Source: an uncultured Gemmatimonadales bacterium (lineage in GTDB: Bacteria > Gemmatimonadota > Gemmatimonadetes > Longimicrobiales > Gaopeijiaceae). From it: a DNA stretch of 64,000 nt. The first letter of the stretch is position 1. The number at the start of each line of letters is the position of its first letter. A program made the position numbers and the translations under genes. The stretch is from assembly GCA_963809895.1 (NCBI GenBank), contig CAWELD010000003.1:3392001-3456000 (forward strand), written 5' to 3'. Positions 33,016 through 43,873 of this stretch are shown piece by piece. Below the pieces are notes generated by a model. That model saw only the letters and a list, made by a program, of their open reading frames with translations. It made no database searches and was not told where the DNA came from.

Positions 33016-34175
33016 GCCGCCGGTGCGGGGCGACGACCCGGGCGCGGCGCTCGTCGCCGACCCCGCTGACCCGGTTCCTCGGGGGACTGCCGGCGGCGGC
33101 GCTGCTCGCCGTGGTCGCGCCCGTGCACGCCGCGGCACAGAGTCGGACGGTGGTGGCGGCCGGCGTGGAATTCCAGCGCATGGGCTTCTCCGACGCCGGC
33201 GCCGTGGGCACGGACGCGCTCACGCTGCTCACGACCTCGTGGGCCGCGCGCTTCGCCGCCAGCCCCACCGTGGACGTCTCGGTATCGGGGAACTGGGCTC
33301 GCGCCGAAGAGACGAACCCGGCCGGCGGCACGCGCTCGCTGGCGGGTCTCACCGACACGCAGCTCGAGGCCACCCTGCGCCTGGCGGGAGGCGATGTCGC
33401 CCTCACCGGGATGCTGGCGCTTCCCACCGGAAGCCCGGCCCTGGAGCTCGGCGAGATCGAGGTGGCGGCACGGATCGCGTCGGACCTGCTGCCCTTCCGG
33501 ATCAGCAACTGGGGCTCGGGGGGCGGGGCGGGCGCCCGGGTGGCGCTGGCCCGCCGCTTCGGTGGCGTCGGAGCCGGCGTGAGCGCCGGCTACTTCGTGG
33601 GCCGGGAGTTCACGCCGCTGGGATTCACCGACACCGAGTACCGGCCCGGGAGCTCACTGGTGATCCGCGGCGTGCTGGACGGCAACGTGGGGCGCGCCGG
33701 CAAGGCATCGCTCCAGCTCACCGTTCGCACCTACGGGCACGACCAGCAGGACGGGGGCGACGCCTTCCAGGCCGGCGCCCGCACCCAGGCGCTGGCCTCG
33801 TACGCCTTCCGCGTCGGCACCCGATCCAGCGCCGTGCTCTACGCCGGCGCGCTGCACCGCGCCGAAGGCACGTCGGAGAGCAGCATCATCGGCATCGGCG
33901 CCCGCACCCTGGTCACCGCGGGGGGTAGCGGGCGCTTCCAGGTAGGCGGCGTTCGCCTCATCCCCGCCGCCGACGTCCGCCTGGTCACCGCCTCCGACGG
34001 CATCGACCAGGGCTACGAACTCGGCTTCGGCGGGCGGGCGGAGGTGACACGAGGCAGCGTGGTCCTGGTCCCTGAGGCTCGCCTCCACCTGGGCCGTCTC
34101 GCGCTTCTGCGCGACGTGGCCGAGTCGAGCTATCTGGGCCTCGATGTGGGATTCACCGTGAGGCTCCGGCCATGA
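33012..34175 (+). CDS. Putative outer-membrane beta-barrel protein
   Basis: Signal peptide (AAA|Q), alternating amphipathic beta strands, C-terminus YLGLDVGFTVRLRP. ATGA-coupled to both neighbours. Confidence 0.7.
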   Translation: MSRRCGATTRARRSSPTPLTRFLGGLPAAALLAVVAPVHAAAQSRTVVAAGVEFQRMGFSDAGAVGTDALTLLTTSWAARFAASPTVDVSVSGNWARAEETNPAGGTRSLAGLTDTQLEATLRLAGGDVALTGMLALPTGSPALELGEIEVAARIASDLLPFRISNWGSGGGAGARVALARRFGGVGAGVSAGYFVGREFTPLGFTDTEYRPGSSLVIRGVLDGNVGRAGKASLQLTVRTYGHDQQDGGDAFQAGARTQALASYAFRVGTRSSAVLYAGALHRAEGTSESSIIGIGARTLVTAGGSGRFQVGGVRLIPAADVRLVTASDGIDQGYELGFGGRAEVTRGSVVLVPEARLHLGRLALLRDVAESSYLGLDVGFTVRLRP

Positions 34176-35674
34176 CCGCCCCCACGGCTGTGCCGGCACG
34201 ACGTTGGCTCGCGCTTCTGGGGTTGGGCCTCGCGGCCTCGCTCCAGGGGTGTGACGCCCTCCTTACCGATCCCACCTCCGCCCCGGCCGCCCAGTTGCAC
34301 CTCTCGGTGTCCCCCGTGCGGGCGGAGCAGACCCAGGGCACCCTGCTGCAGGCCTTCGCGCAGGTGGACGAGGTGCGGATCCGGCTGGAGGACGGCGGGG
34401 GGGCACCGGTGCTGGACCGGACCGTGCCCTTCCGGTTCGTGGCCGGGCTCGCCGTCCTCGACCCGGTCACGCTCACCCCCGACGAGGCCGCGGGGGTGGC
34501 GAGACTGATCGTCACCCTGCGCTCCCAGTCCCGAACGCTCTTCACGGCCGCCACGCCCCTGTCCCTCTCCGGCCAGGACGCCAGTGGCGCCGTGGTCCTG
34601 ACCGTGACCCCGGTGCCGGGCGAGATCGAGGTCACGCAGGTTCCCACCTTCGACGCCCTGGGGGCCACGGGTCAGCTGACCGCCCGCGTGACGCTGGCCA
34701 CCGGCCAGGAAATCCCCGGAACTCCGGTGACCTGGACCAGCCTGGACCCCCAGATCGTTTCCGTGACGCCTCAAGGGCTCGCCACGGCGGAAGCCGAGGG
34801 ACAGGCTCGCCTGGTGGCCCGGGCCGGAACCGGAAGCGCCGCGGTCACCGCCATGACCACGGTGGTGGTGGATGCGACGGTGGACCAGGTGATGGTGGAC
34901 CCCTCCTCGCTGGAGATCATGGTGGAGGACGAGGGCAGCCTCACCGCCACGGCGCTGGACCGGAACGGCAACGCGCTTCAGCGCACGGTGAGCTGGAGCT
35001 CCAAGGACGAGTCGGTGGCGAGAGTGGCCTCGGATGGTCCCGCGACGGGCATCGTGACCGGCGAGGGGCTGGGAAGCACCAAGGTGATCGCCACTGCCGA
35101 CGGGGTGAGCGGCTCCGCCTCGGTTCAGGTGGTCCGCCAGCTCGCCATCGTCACCGGCACCCTCGCCCAGGGCACCGTGGGCGAGTCCTACTTCACCGCG
35201 CTCGCCGCCGTGGGCGGCACCGGGAGCTATCAGTGGCGGGTCGCGTCAGGTGCGCTGCCGCCGGGGATCGGGCTCTCCCAGAGCGGTCAGCTGTCGGGCA
35301 CACCCACCGCCGAGGGTGACTGGGTCTTCACTGCGGCGGTGCAGTCGGGCTCGCAGGAGGCGACGCGTACGCTGACGCTGTCCACGCGCTACGACCGCAC
35401 CTCGTCCATCCTCGTGACCGTGGTCCTGTTCAACCAGCCCTACTCCGGGGTGCGGGTCGACCTCTCGGGGCCCGACGCCGCCTCCACCGTCACCGACTCC
35501 AACGGGCAGGCGTCCTTCGGCAACCTGCGCCCGGGTGAGTACACGGTCTCGTTCGACCCGGGCGCGTACGCGGCCTACTTCCCCTCCACCAGCCAGACCG
35601 TGACGCTCACGGGCTCCGGCTCGCAGGCGACCATCACCTTCAGCAGCGTGGGCGGGCAGGCCATGGGCAACTAG
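34172..35674 (+). CDS. Ig-like repeat lipoprotein (Big_2 x2, putative Ig, carboxypeptidase-regulatory-like domain)
   Basis: Lipobox LQGC. VTWTSLDPQIVSV and VSWSSKDESVARV repeats. GALPPGIGLSQSGQLSGTPT. TDSNGQASFGNLRPGEYTV. Confidence 0.82.
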   Translation: MTAPTAVPARRWLALLGLGLAASLQGCDALLTDPTSAPAAQLHLSVSPVRAEQTQGTLLQAFAQVDEVRIRLEDGGGAPVLDRTVPFRFVAGLAVLDPVTLTPDEAAGVARLIVTLRSQSRTLFTAATPLSLSGQDASGAVVLTVTPVPGEIEVTQVPTFDALGATGQLTARVTLATGQEIPGTPVTWTSLDPQIVSVTPQGLATAEAEGQARLVARAGTGSAAVTAMTTVVVDATVDQVMVDPSSLEIMVEDEGSLTATALDRNGNALQRTVSWSSKDESVARVASDGPATGIVTGEGLGSTKVIATADGVSGSASVQVVRQLAIVTGTLAQGTVGESYFTALAAVGGTGSYQWRVASGALPPGIGLSQSGQLSGTPTAEGDWVFTAAVQSGSQEATRTLTLSTRYDRTSSILVTVVLFNQPYSGVRVDLSGPDAASTVTDSNGQASFGNLRPGEYTVSFDPGAYAAYFPSTSQTVTLTGSGSQATITFSSVGGQAMGN

Positions 35675-35685
35675 CAGCCCGGCTG

Positions 35686-38160
<2,475 letters not shown>

Positions 38161-38251
38161 GTCTCCTCGCTTCGCATCGTGGTCCGGCTCGGGCCGCACC
38201 ACGGGGGATTCTTCTTCGTTGCCCGCGAGCCTCGCGGAATCCGTCATTGAA

Positions 38252-38267
38252 TGCACGTTCCTTGCCA
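38252..38267 (-). promoter_or_regulatory. Sigma54 (-24/-12) promoter upstream of lon
   Basis: The minus strand reads TGGCAAGGAACGTGCA, with GG-N10-GC spacing matching TGGCAC-N5-TTGCW. Confidence 0.6.
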
Positions 38268-38312
38268 CGCTGAAATGCCCGAATTCGTGCCGCTACTGCA
38301 GCTTCCACTGCC

Positions 38313-38349
38313 AATGTGACGTGAACCGGGACGCGGCGCACGTCACATT
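38313..38349. promoter_or_regulatory. Perfect 11-bp inverted repeat, candidate activator/operator site
   Basis: AATGTGACGTG (38313-38323), 15-nt spacer, CACGTCACATT (38339-38349), in the divergent lon/MBL intergenic region. Confidence 0.6.
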
Positions 38350-38455
38350 CGTCTCACGGCGGCCTTTTTCGCGCCCGCGGCGCACGGTAGTTTCGGATCC
38401 CGGGCCCCGAGCCCGGGTTCGCTCGCTCCACACCCGGAGAACCGGGAGAGCACGC

Positions 38456-39079
38456 ATGGAGTCCGACCTGCTGCAGGGCGTCACGTGGTTTCGTGGCTCG
38501 TCCATCCGGATCCGCCGGGCGGGCCTGGAAGTTCTCGTCGACCCCCTGGCGCTGGATGGCGAGGGAGAGGCGGACTACATCCTCCTCACGCATCCGCACT
38601 ACGACAACTTCTCCGAAGACGACATCGCCCGGGTGCGCACCCCGGACACCATCGTCATCGCGCCGGCCACCATGAAGAAGCTCCTGGCCGACGCCGACCA
38701 CTTCTTGCGTCCCGGAGACATGCTGCAGCTCGAGGGCCTCGACGTCCTCGCCGTACCCGCCTACAACACCGACAAGAAGTTCCACCCGCCGGAGAGCGGC
38801 TGGCTGGGCTACGTCTTCACGCTGGGCGGCGTCACCTACTACCACGCCGGCGATACCGACTTCATCGAAGAGATGAACTCGGTGCGCTGCGACGTGGCGT
38901 TCCTGCCCGTCGACGGCCACTACACCATGGACGCCGACGAAGCGGCGCGGGCGGCGGAGGCGTGCGACGCGGCCGTGGTGGTGCCCATTCGCTGGGGCGA
39001 GGGCGCCTCGGCCGAGGAGGCGAGCCGCCTGGCCGCCCGCGAAGACCTGAACGTGCACCTGCTGACGCGTAGCGGATGA
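38456..39079 (+). CDS. MBL-fold metallo-hydrolase
   Basis: VLVDP, ILLTHPHYDN, VPAYN, YHAGDT, DVAFLP, VVVPI. Confidence 0.85.
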   Translation: MESDLLQGVTWFRGSSIRIRRAGLEVLVDPLALDGEGEADYILLTHPHYDNFSEDDIARVRTPDTIVIAPATMKKLLADADHFLRPGDMLQLEGLDVLAVPAYNTDKKFHPPESGWLGYVFTLGGVTYYHAGDTDFIEEMNSVRCDVAFLPVDGHYTMDADEAARAAEACDAAVVVPIRWGEGASAEEASRLAAREDLNVHLLTRSG

Positions 39080-40782
39080 GCGTGCAGGCGGTGTTGCCGC
39101 GCTGGACCGGCGGAGCGCTCCGGACCGCCGGGGTGAGCCTGACGTTCGCCCTGGGAGTCTCTCTCGCTGCGGTCCCCGCCGCGGCCCAGGACAGTGCCCT
39201 GCCGTCCATGGCAGGGCGCTCCACCGTCTACGTGCCCCACGGCGTGGTGGCCACGAGCCAGCCGCTGGCCTCGTCCGCAGCCCTCGCCGTGCTGGAACGC
39301 GGGGGCAATGCCGTGGACGCGGCGGTGACGGCAGCGGCCGTGCTGGCGCTGGTGGAACCTCACATGAACGGCCCCGGCGGCGACCTGTGGGCGCTCCTGT
39401 GGGATCCCGAGCAGGGCCGCCTGGTGGGCCTGGACTCCAGCGGCCGGGCCGGCAGCCTCATGACCCCGGAGCGGATCCGCGCCGACGGCTTCGACCGGGT
39501 CCCGTACCAGGGGCCCGGCTCGGTCACGGTCCCGGGGGTCGTGGCTGGATGGGCAGCGCTCCTCGAGCGCTATGGCACCATGTCGCTGGCCGACGTGCTG
39601 GCCCCCGCCATCGCCCTGGCCGAGGGGGGATTCCCGGTCTCGCCCATCATCGCCCGGCAGTGGCAGGCCCAGGTGGAGCTGCTGCAGGCCGACTCCGGCG
39701 CCGCCGCCACCTATCTGGTCGACGGCGGGCGGGCGCCCCGCGCCGGCGAGTGGTTCCGGAACCCCGACCTGGCGGCAACGTACCGGCTGCTCGCCGACGA
39801 GGGGCCGGGTGCGCTTTACGGGGGATCGCTGGGCCGGCGCATCGTGGACGGCCTGTCGGACATGGGAGGCTATCTGACGCTGGAGGACATGGCGGCCATG
39901 GAGCCCGAGTGGGTGGATCCCCTCTCGGTGGACTTCAAGGGCTACACCGTGTGGGAGCTCCCGCCGGCGGGCCAGGGCGTGGCGGCACTGGAGATGCTGA
40001 AGATCCTGGAGCCCTTCGACCTGGCGTCCATGGGCCACGACTCGGCGCCCTACCTGCACCACCTCATCGAGGCCAAGAAGCTCGCCTTCGCCGACCTGGG
40101 CGCGTACGTGGCCGATCGGGACTACATGGAGGTGGACCCCCGAGCGCTGCTCGACCCCGACTTCGTGGCCGGGCGTCGCGCGCTCCTGGATCCCGACAGC
40201 GCTGCCGACCGCCCCGACCCCGGCGAGATCGCGTCCCGGAGCGAGACCATCTACCTGACCGTGGCCGACGCCGACGGCATGATGGTGTCCTTCATCCAGT
40301 CCGTGTACGAGTACTTCGGCTCGGGCATCGTCATTCCAGGCACCGGCTTCGTGCTCCAGAACCGGGGCGCGGGCTTCACGCTGGAAGACGGTCACCCGAA
40401 CCAGGTCGCCCCCGGAAAGCACCCCTTCCACACGCTGATCCCCGGGTTCGTCACGCGCGATGGCCGGCCCTGGATGTCTTTCGGCGTCATGGGCGGCTCC
40501 ATGCAGCCCCAGGGTCACGTGCAGCTCCTGCTCAACCTGCTGGAATTCGGCATGGACCCCCAGCAGGCGGTGGACGCAGCGCGCTTCCGCCACCTGAGCG
40601 GCCGCCGGGTCGCGGTGGAGCACGTCACGCCCGAGGTGAAGGCCGCCCTCGAGGCCATGGGGCACCAGGTCGTGCCCTGGGAGTCGGTAGCTTTCGGAGG
40701 CGCTCAGGTGATCATCCGGCTGGACCGCGGGTGGGCTGCGGCGTCGGATCCCCGCAAAGACGGACTGGCCATCGGGTACTGA
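39076..40782 (+). CDS. ggt: Gamma-glutamyltransferase family protein (exported)
   Basis: VATSQPLAS, GGNAVDAAV, VEPHMNGPGGD, nucleophile site ETIYLTVAD..MVSFIQS, LQNRG, FHTLIP, GVMGGSMQPQGH, SDPRKDG. Confidence 0.93.
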   Translation: MSVQAVLPRWTGGALRTAGVSLTFALGVSLAAVPAAAQDSALPSMAGRSTVYVPHGVVATSQPLASSAALAVLERGGNAVDAAVTAAAVLALVEPHMNGPGGDLWALLWDPEQGRLVGLDSSGRAGSLMTPERIRADGFDRVPYQGPGSVTVPGVVAGWAALLERYGTMSLADVLAPAIALAEGGFPVSPIIARQWQAQVELLQADSGAAATYLVDGGRAPRAGEWFRNPDLAATYRLLADEGPGALYGGSLGRRIVDGLSDMGGYLTLEDMAAMEPEWVDPLSVDFKGYTVWELPPAGQGVAALEMLKILEPFDLASMGHDSAPYLHHLIEAKKLAFADLGAYVADRDYMEVDPRALLDPDFVAGRRALLDPDSAADRPDPGEIASRSETIYLTVADADGMMVSFIQSVYEYFGSGIVIPGTGFVLQNRGAGFTLEDGHPNQVAPGKHPFHTLIPGFVTRDGRPWMSFGVMGGSMQPQGHVQLLLNLLEFGMDPQQAVDAARFRHLSGRRVAVEHVTPEVKAALEAMGHQVVPWESVAFGGAQVIIRLDRGWAAASDPRKDGLAIGY

Positions 40783-40898
40783 CGGGCCCCGGGGTCGGTC
40801 ACCCCCGCCACCCACCGCGCGTACGAGTGAATGGAGGCCGCCGCGGCATCCGGAGGCCGAACCCCAGCCGCGAACGACGCCGGTTTGGACGACCGACC

Positions 40899-42680
40899 AT
40901 GGACCATCATCGATTTCTCAGCCTGCTGACCCCCACCTGGGTGGCGCTGGCGATGTGCGTGTCCGGGGCGGGCGCCGCCGCCCAGACGCCGGTCTTGGGG
41001 GTGGTGCGGGACGAAGGGTCGGGCCAGCCCGTGGAGACGGCCTTCGTGGCGCTGCTCGGCGCGGGAGGTGAGGTCGTCACCGCCACGCTGACCACCCCCG
41101 CGGGCGCCTTCCGCCTGGGCGCGCCGGCGCCCGGCGAGTATCGGGTACGGGTGGAGCGCATCGGGTATCGGACCACCGTCTCCGATCCCTTCTCGGTCGT
41201 AGCCGGTGCCGAGCTGCCGTTCCTGGCGCTCGCTGTTCCCGAAGAGGCGTTGTCTCTGGAGGGGATCGAGGTCGAAGGCGCAAGCCGCTGCCGCGTCCGG
41301 CCAGACGAGGGCGAGGCCACGGCGCGGGTCTGGGATCAGGTGAAGAAGGTCCTCACCGTGGCGTCGTGGGCCCAGGGCGAGGGCGTGCTCCAGTACCGCA
41401 TGGTGCGCTTCGACCGCCGCCTCGACCCTGCCCGGCTGCGCGTGAAGGAGGAGCACCGCGAGCGCCTGGCCGGATTCCACGGTGGCAGCCCCTTCGTGTC
41501 CTCGCCCGTGGAGGAGCTCCAGGCCGACGGCTTCGTGCAGGAGCTTCGGGACGGCAGCTATCGCTACCTCGCCCCCGACGCCGACGTCCTCCTGTCGGAT
41601 CGCTTCCTGGACACGCACTGCTTTCGGCTTCGTCGTGACGACGCGCCCGACGACGGCTGGATCGGTCTCGCCTTCGAGCCCGTACGTCGAGGGGGGATCG
41701 CAGACATCGAGGGCGTGCTGTGGGTCGACGCCGCCACCGCTCGGCTTCAGCGGTTGGACTACGGCTATACCTGGCTGCCCGAGGGGCTGGAAACCGACAA
41801 GGTCGGTGGCCGCATCGAGTTCGAGCAGGTGCCCCAGGGGCCCTGGATCGTACACGACTGGTGGATCCGCATGCCCGTCATCGGCCTGCGCCGGGAATAC
41901 CCGGCGCCGGGGCTCCCGGCGCAGAACGTCGCGGTCCTCATGGAGGTCGCCGAGACCGGAGGCGAGGTGACCGAGGTGCGGGCGCCGGACGGCTCACCGC
42001 TGCTCCAGGCGCAGACCGCCGCCGTCGCCGGCGTGGTCTTCGACAGCGCCGCGGCGCAGCCTCTGAGAGGGGCCCACGTCGTGCTGGTGGGCACGGCCTT
42101 CCAGACCACCACCGACGCCGACGGCGGCTTCGCGCTGGGCGGCCTGCCCCGTGGTCGCTACGAGATCACCTTCGAATCGCCTCGCCTGGACGACCTCGGG
42201 TGGACCGCCGACCCCGTGCCCGTGGAGCTGGCGCTCGGGGAGACATCCTCCGTCAGCCTCGCCATTCCCCCCATGGAGCGCATCCTCGGGGAGCGTTGCG
42301 GGGACCCGGTCACCGACGAGCAGGGCTCGGCGGTCCTGACCGGGCGCGTGATCGGGGGAACAGGAAGCACCGCGGTGCCGGAGGGGTTGGAGGTCGTGAT
42401 GACCTGGGAGACCGGATCCATCGGGCCCGGCGCTCGCCGAGGCAGCGTGGTGGTCTCGCAGGGCTCACGCACGGTCCGTACACCCGTCGGCGACAGCGGA
42501 CGTTACTTCGTGTGCGGGCTTCCGCCGGAGCGGCAAATCCGGATCTGGACCGAGCTCGCACAGCGGGCGACGGCCGACACCGCGTCGGTGCGCCTGGCTC
42601 GGGGTGAGCTGCGCCGGCAAGACGTCCCGGTGCCACCTCCTGTGCCCCGGCCGGGTGCGAGCCCCGGATCCCCCCGCTAG
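40899..42680 (+). CDS. Exported protein with carboxypeptidase-regulatory-like domains
   Basis: Signal peptide, GVVRDEGSGQPV..GAFRL..PGEYRVRVERIGY, APDADVLLSDRFLDTHCF, second repeat GVVFDS..TTDADGGF. Confidence 0.8.
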   Translation: MDHHRFLSLLTPTWVALAMCVSGAGAAAQTPVLGVVRDEGSGQPVETAFVALLGAGGEVVTATLTTPAGAFRLGAPAPGEYRVRVERIGYRTTVSDPFSVVAGAELPFLALAVPEEALSLEGIEVEGASRCRVRPDEGEATARVWDQVKKVLTVASWAQGEGVLQYRMVRFDRRLDPARLRVKEEHRERLAGFHGGSPFVSSPVEELQADGFVQELRDGSYRYLAPDADVLLSDRFLDTHCFRLRRDDAPDDGWIGLAFEPVRRGGIADIEGVLWVDAATARLQRLDYGYTWLPEGLETDKVGGRIEFEQVPQGPWIVHDWWIRMPVIGLRREYPAPGLPAQNVAVLMEVAETGGEVTEVRAPDGSPLLQAQTAAVAGVVFDSAAAQPLRGAHVVLVGTAFQTTTDADGGFALGGLPRGRYEITFESPRLDDLGWTADPVPVELALGETSSVSLAIPPMERILGERCGDPVTDEQGSAVLTGRVIGGTGSTAVPEGLEVVMTWETGSIGPGARRGSVVVSQGSRTVRTPVGDSGRYFVCGLPPERQIRIWTELAQRATADTASVRLARGELRRQDVPVPPPVPRPGASPGSPR

Positions 42681-42689
42681 CTTTTCTCC

Positions 42690-43544
42690 ATGCCCGATCC
42701 CGACTCCATCCTGCCCTACGAGCGCCTACCGGAGGGGTTCGCCCGCACGCTGGACGAGCCCCCGGAGTCCCCGGCGCCGGCGCGGCCCGCGGCGACGATC
42801 GTACTCCTGCGCGAGGGCATCTCGGACCTCGAAGTGCTCCTCCTCAAGCGCGTGCGCAGCTCAGGCTTCGTGCCCGGAGCGTACGTGTTTCCCGGCGGCC
42901 GCGTCGACGCCGACGACGCGGAGCCGGCACTGGTGGAGCGTCTGGCCGGACTGGATCCCGCCGGGGCGGCCCGACGACTGGGACTCGCCGCCGACGCCGA
43001 GCCGGCGGCCGTGGCCTACGTGATCGCCGCCCTGCGCGAGGCCTTCGAAGAGACGGGGCTGCTGGTGGGACGCCGCGAGGGCGGCGGGCCGGTGCCCGCG
43101 GCGGCGGACGATCCGGTCGTGGCCGAGCACCGCGACCGCCTGCTCGCCGACGAGGGCGTGTTCCCCCAGGTGCTCGACGCGCTGGGCGCCCGCATGGACG
43201 GGGCCGCCGTGGCCTACGTGGCCCACTGGATCACGCCGGAGGTGGAGCCCCGTCGCTACGACACGCGCTTCTTCGCGGCGGCGCTGGAGGGAGAAGGCCG
43301 GGTGTCGCTCAATCCCGCCGAGATGACCGACGCCCTCTGGGTCTCGCCCGCCGAAGCGTTGGAGCGGAACCGCGCGGGGCGTCTGCCCATGGTCTTCCCG
43401 ACCCTGAAGACGCTGGCGTCGCTCACGGAATTCTCGTCACCCGCCGACGCGCTGGCGGCCTTCGCCGAGCGCGACATCCCGGCCATCCTGCCCCGTCTCG
43501 TGCGCACGCCCACCGGTGTGGGGCTGGAGATCGACGAGGAGTAG
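42690..43544 (+). CDS. NUDIX hydrolase (Nudt19-like)
   Basis: ARPAATIVLLR, YVFPGGRVD, AALREAFEETG, AHWITP..RRYDTRFF. Confidence 0.9.
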   Translation: MPDPDSILPYERLPEGFARTLDEPPESPAPARPAATIVLLREGISDLEVLLLKRVRSSGFVPGAYVFPGGRVDADDAEPALVERLAGLDPAGAARRLGLAADAEPAAVAYVIAALREAFEETGLLVGRREGGGPVPAAADDPVVAEHRDRLLADEGVFPQVLDALGARMDGAAVAYVAHWITPEVEPRRYDTRFFAAALEGEGRVSLNPAEMTDALWVSPAEALERNRAGRLPMVFPTLKTLASLTEFSSPADALAAFAERDIPAILPRLVRTPTGVGLEIDEE

Positions 43545-43617
43545 CGGGAACGGTAGGAGCGGCGGGCCGCCCGGGGCCCCGCGCGGACGATCGCAGCGGC
43601 AGGGCCACCAGGATCGC

Positions 43618-43797
43618 TCGCCGTCAATCCCGCAAGCGAGCGATTCCGTGCCTCAGCTGCAGGGTTGCAGGCGATAATCGCCGCAAACGCCACGCGCGTC
43701 TCCCCGCCCCCGAGGCCGCGCTCGATCGGCCGGAATAATCGCCGTCAATCCGGCATTCGCCGCAATTCCGGCGGCCGTTGCGGGGTTTACGGCAATC
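43618..43797. repeat. Structured intergenic element with terminal inverted arms and internal hairpins
   Basis: Arm TCGCCGTCAATCCCGCAA (43618-43635) pairs imperfectly with TTGCGGGGTTTACGGCAA (43778-43795). Internal palindromes at 43665-43686, 43741-43754 and 43758-43773. Confidence 0.55.
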
Positions 43798-43873
43798 GAA
43801 GTGTGCAGTGCGGCGGGCATCGCTGGTGCGCTACCACGCGCCCGCCGCCGACCCGCCCTCCCGTCCTTGCCCC

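Noticed and set aside
39387..40898. N-terminal half of the 1097-aa ORF (possible ggt fusion)
   Set aside because: Off-frame overlap with ggt. The real gene starts at 40899 with a signal peptide.
43545..43873. Possible CRISPR array
   Set aside because: Repeats are short, degenerate and irregularly spaced, and there are no cas genes.
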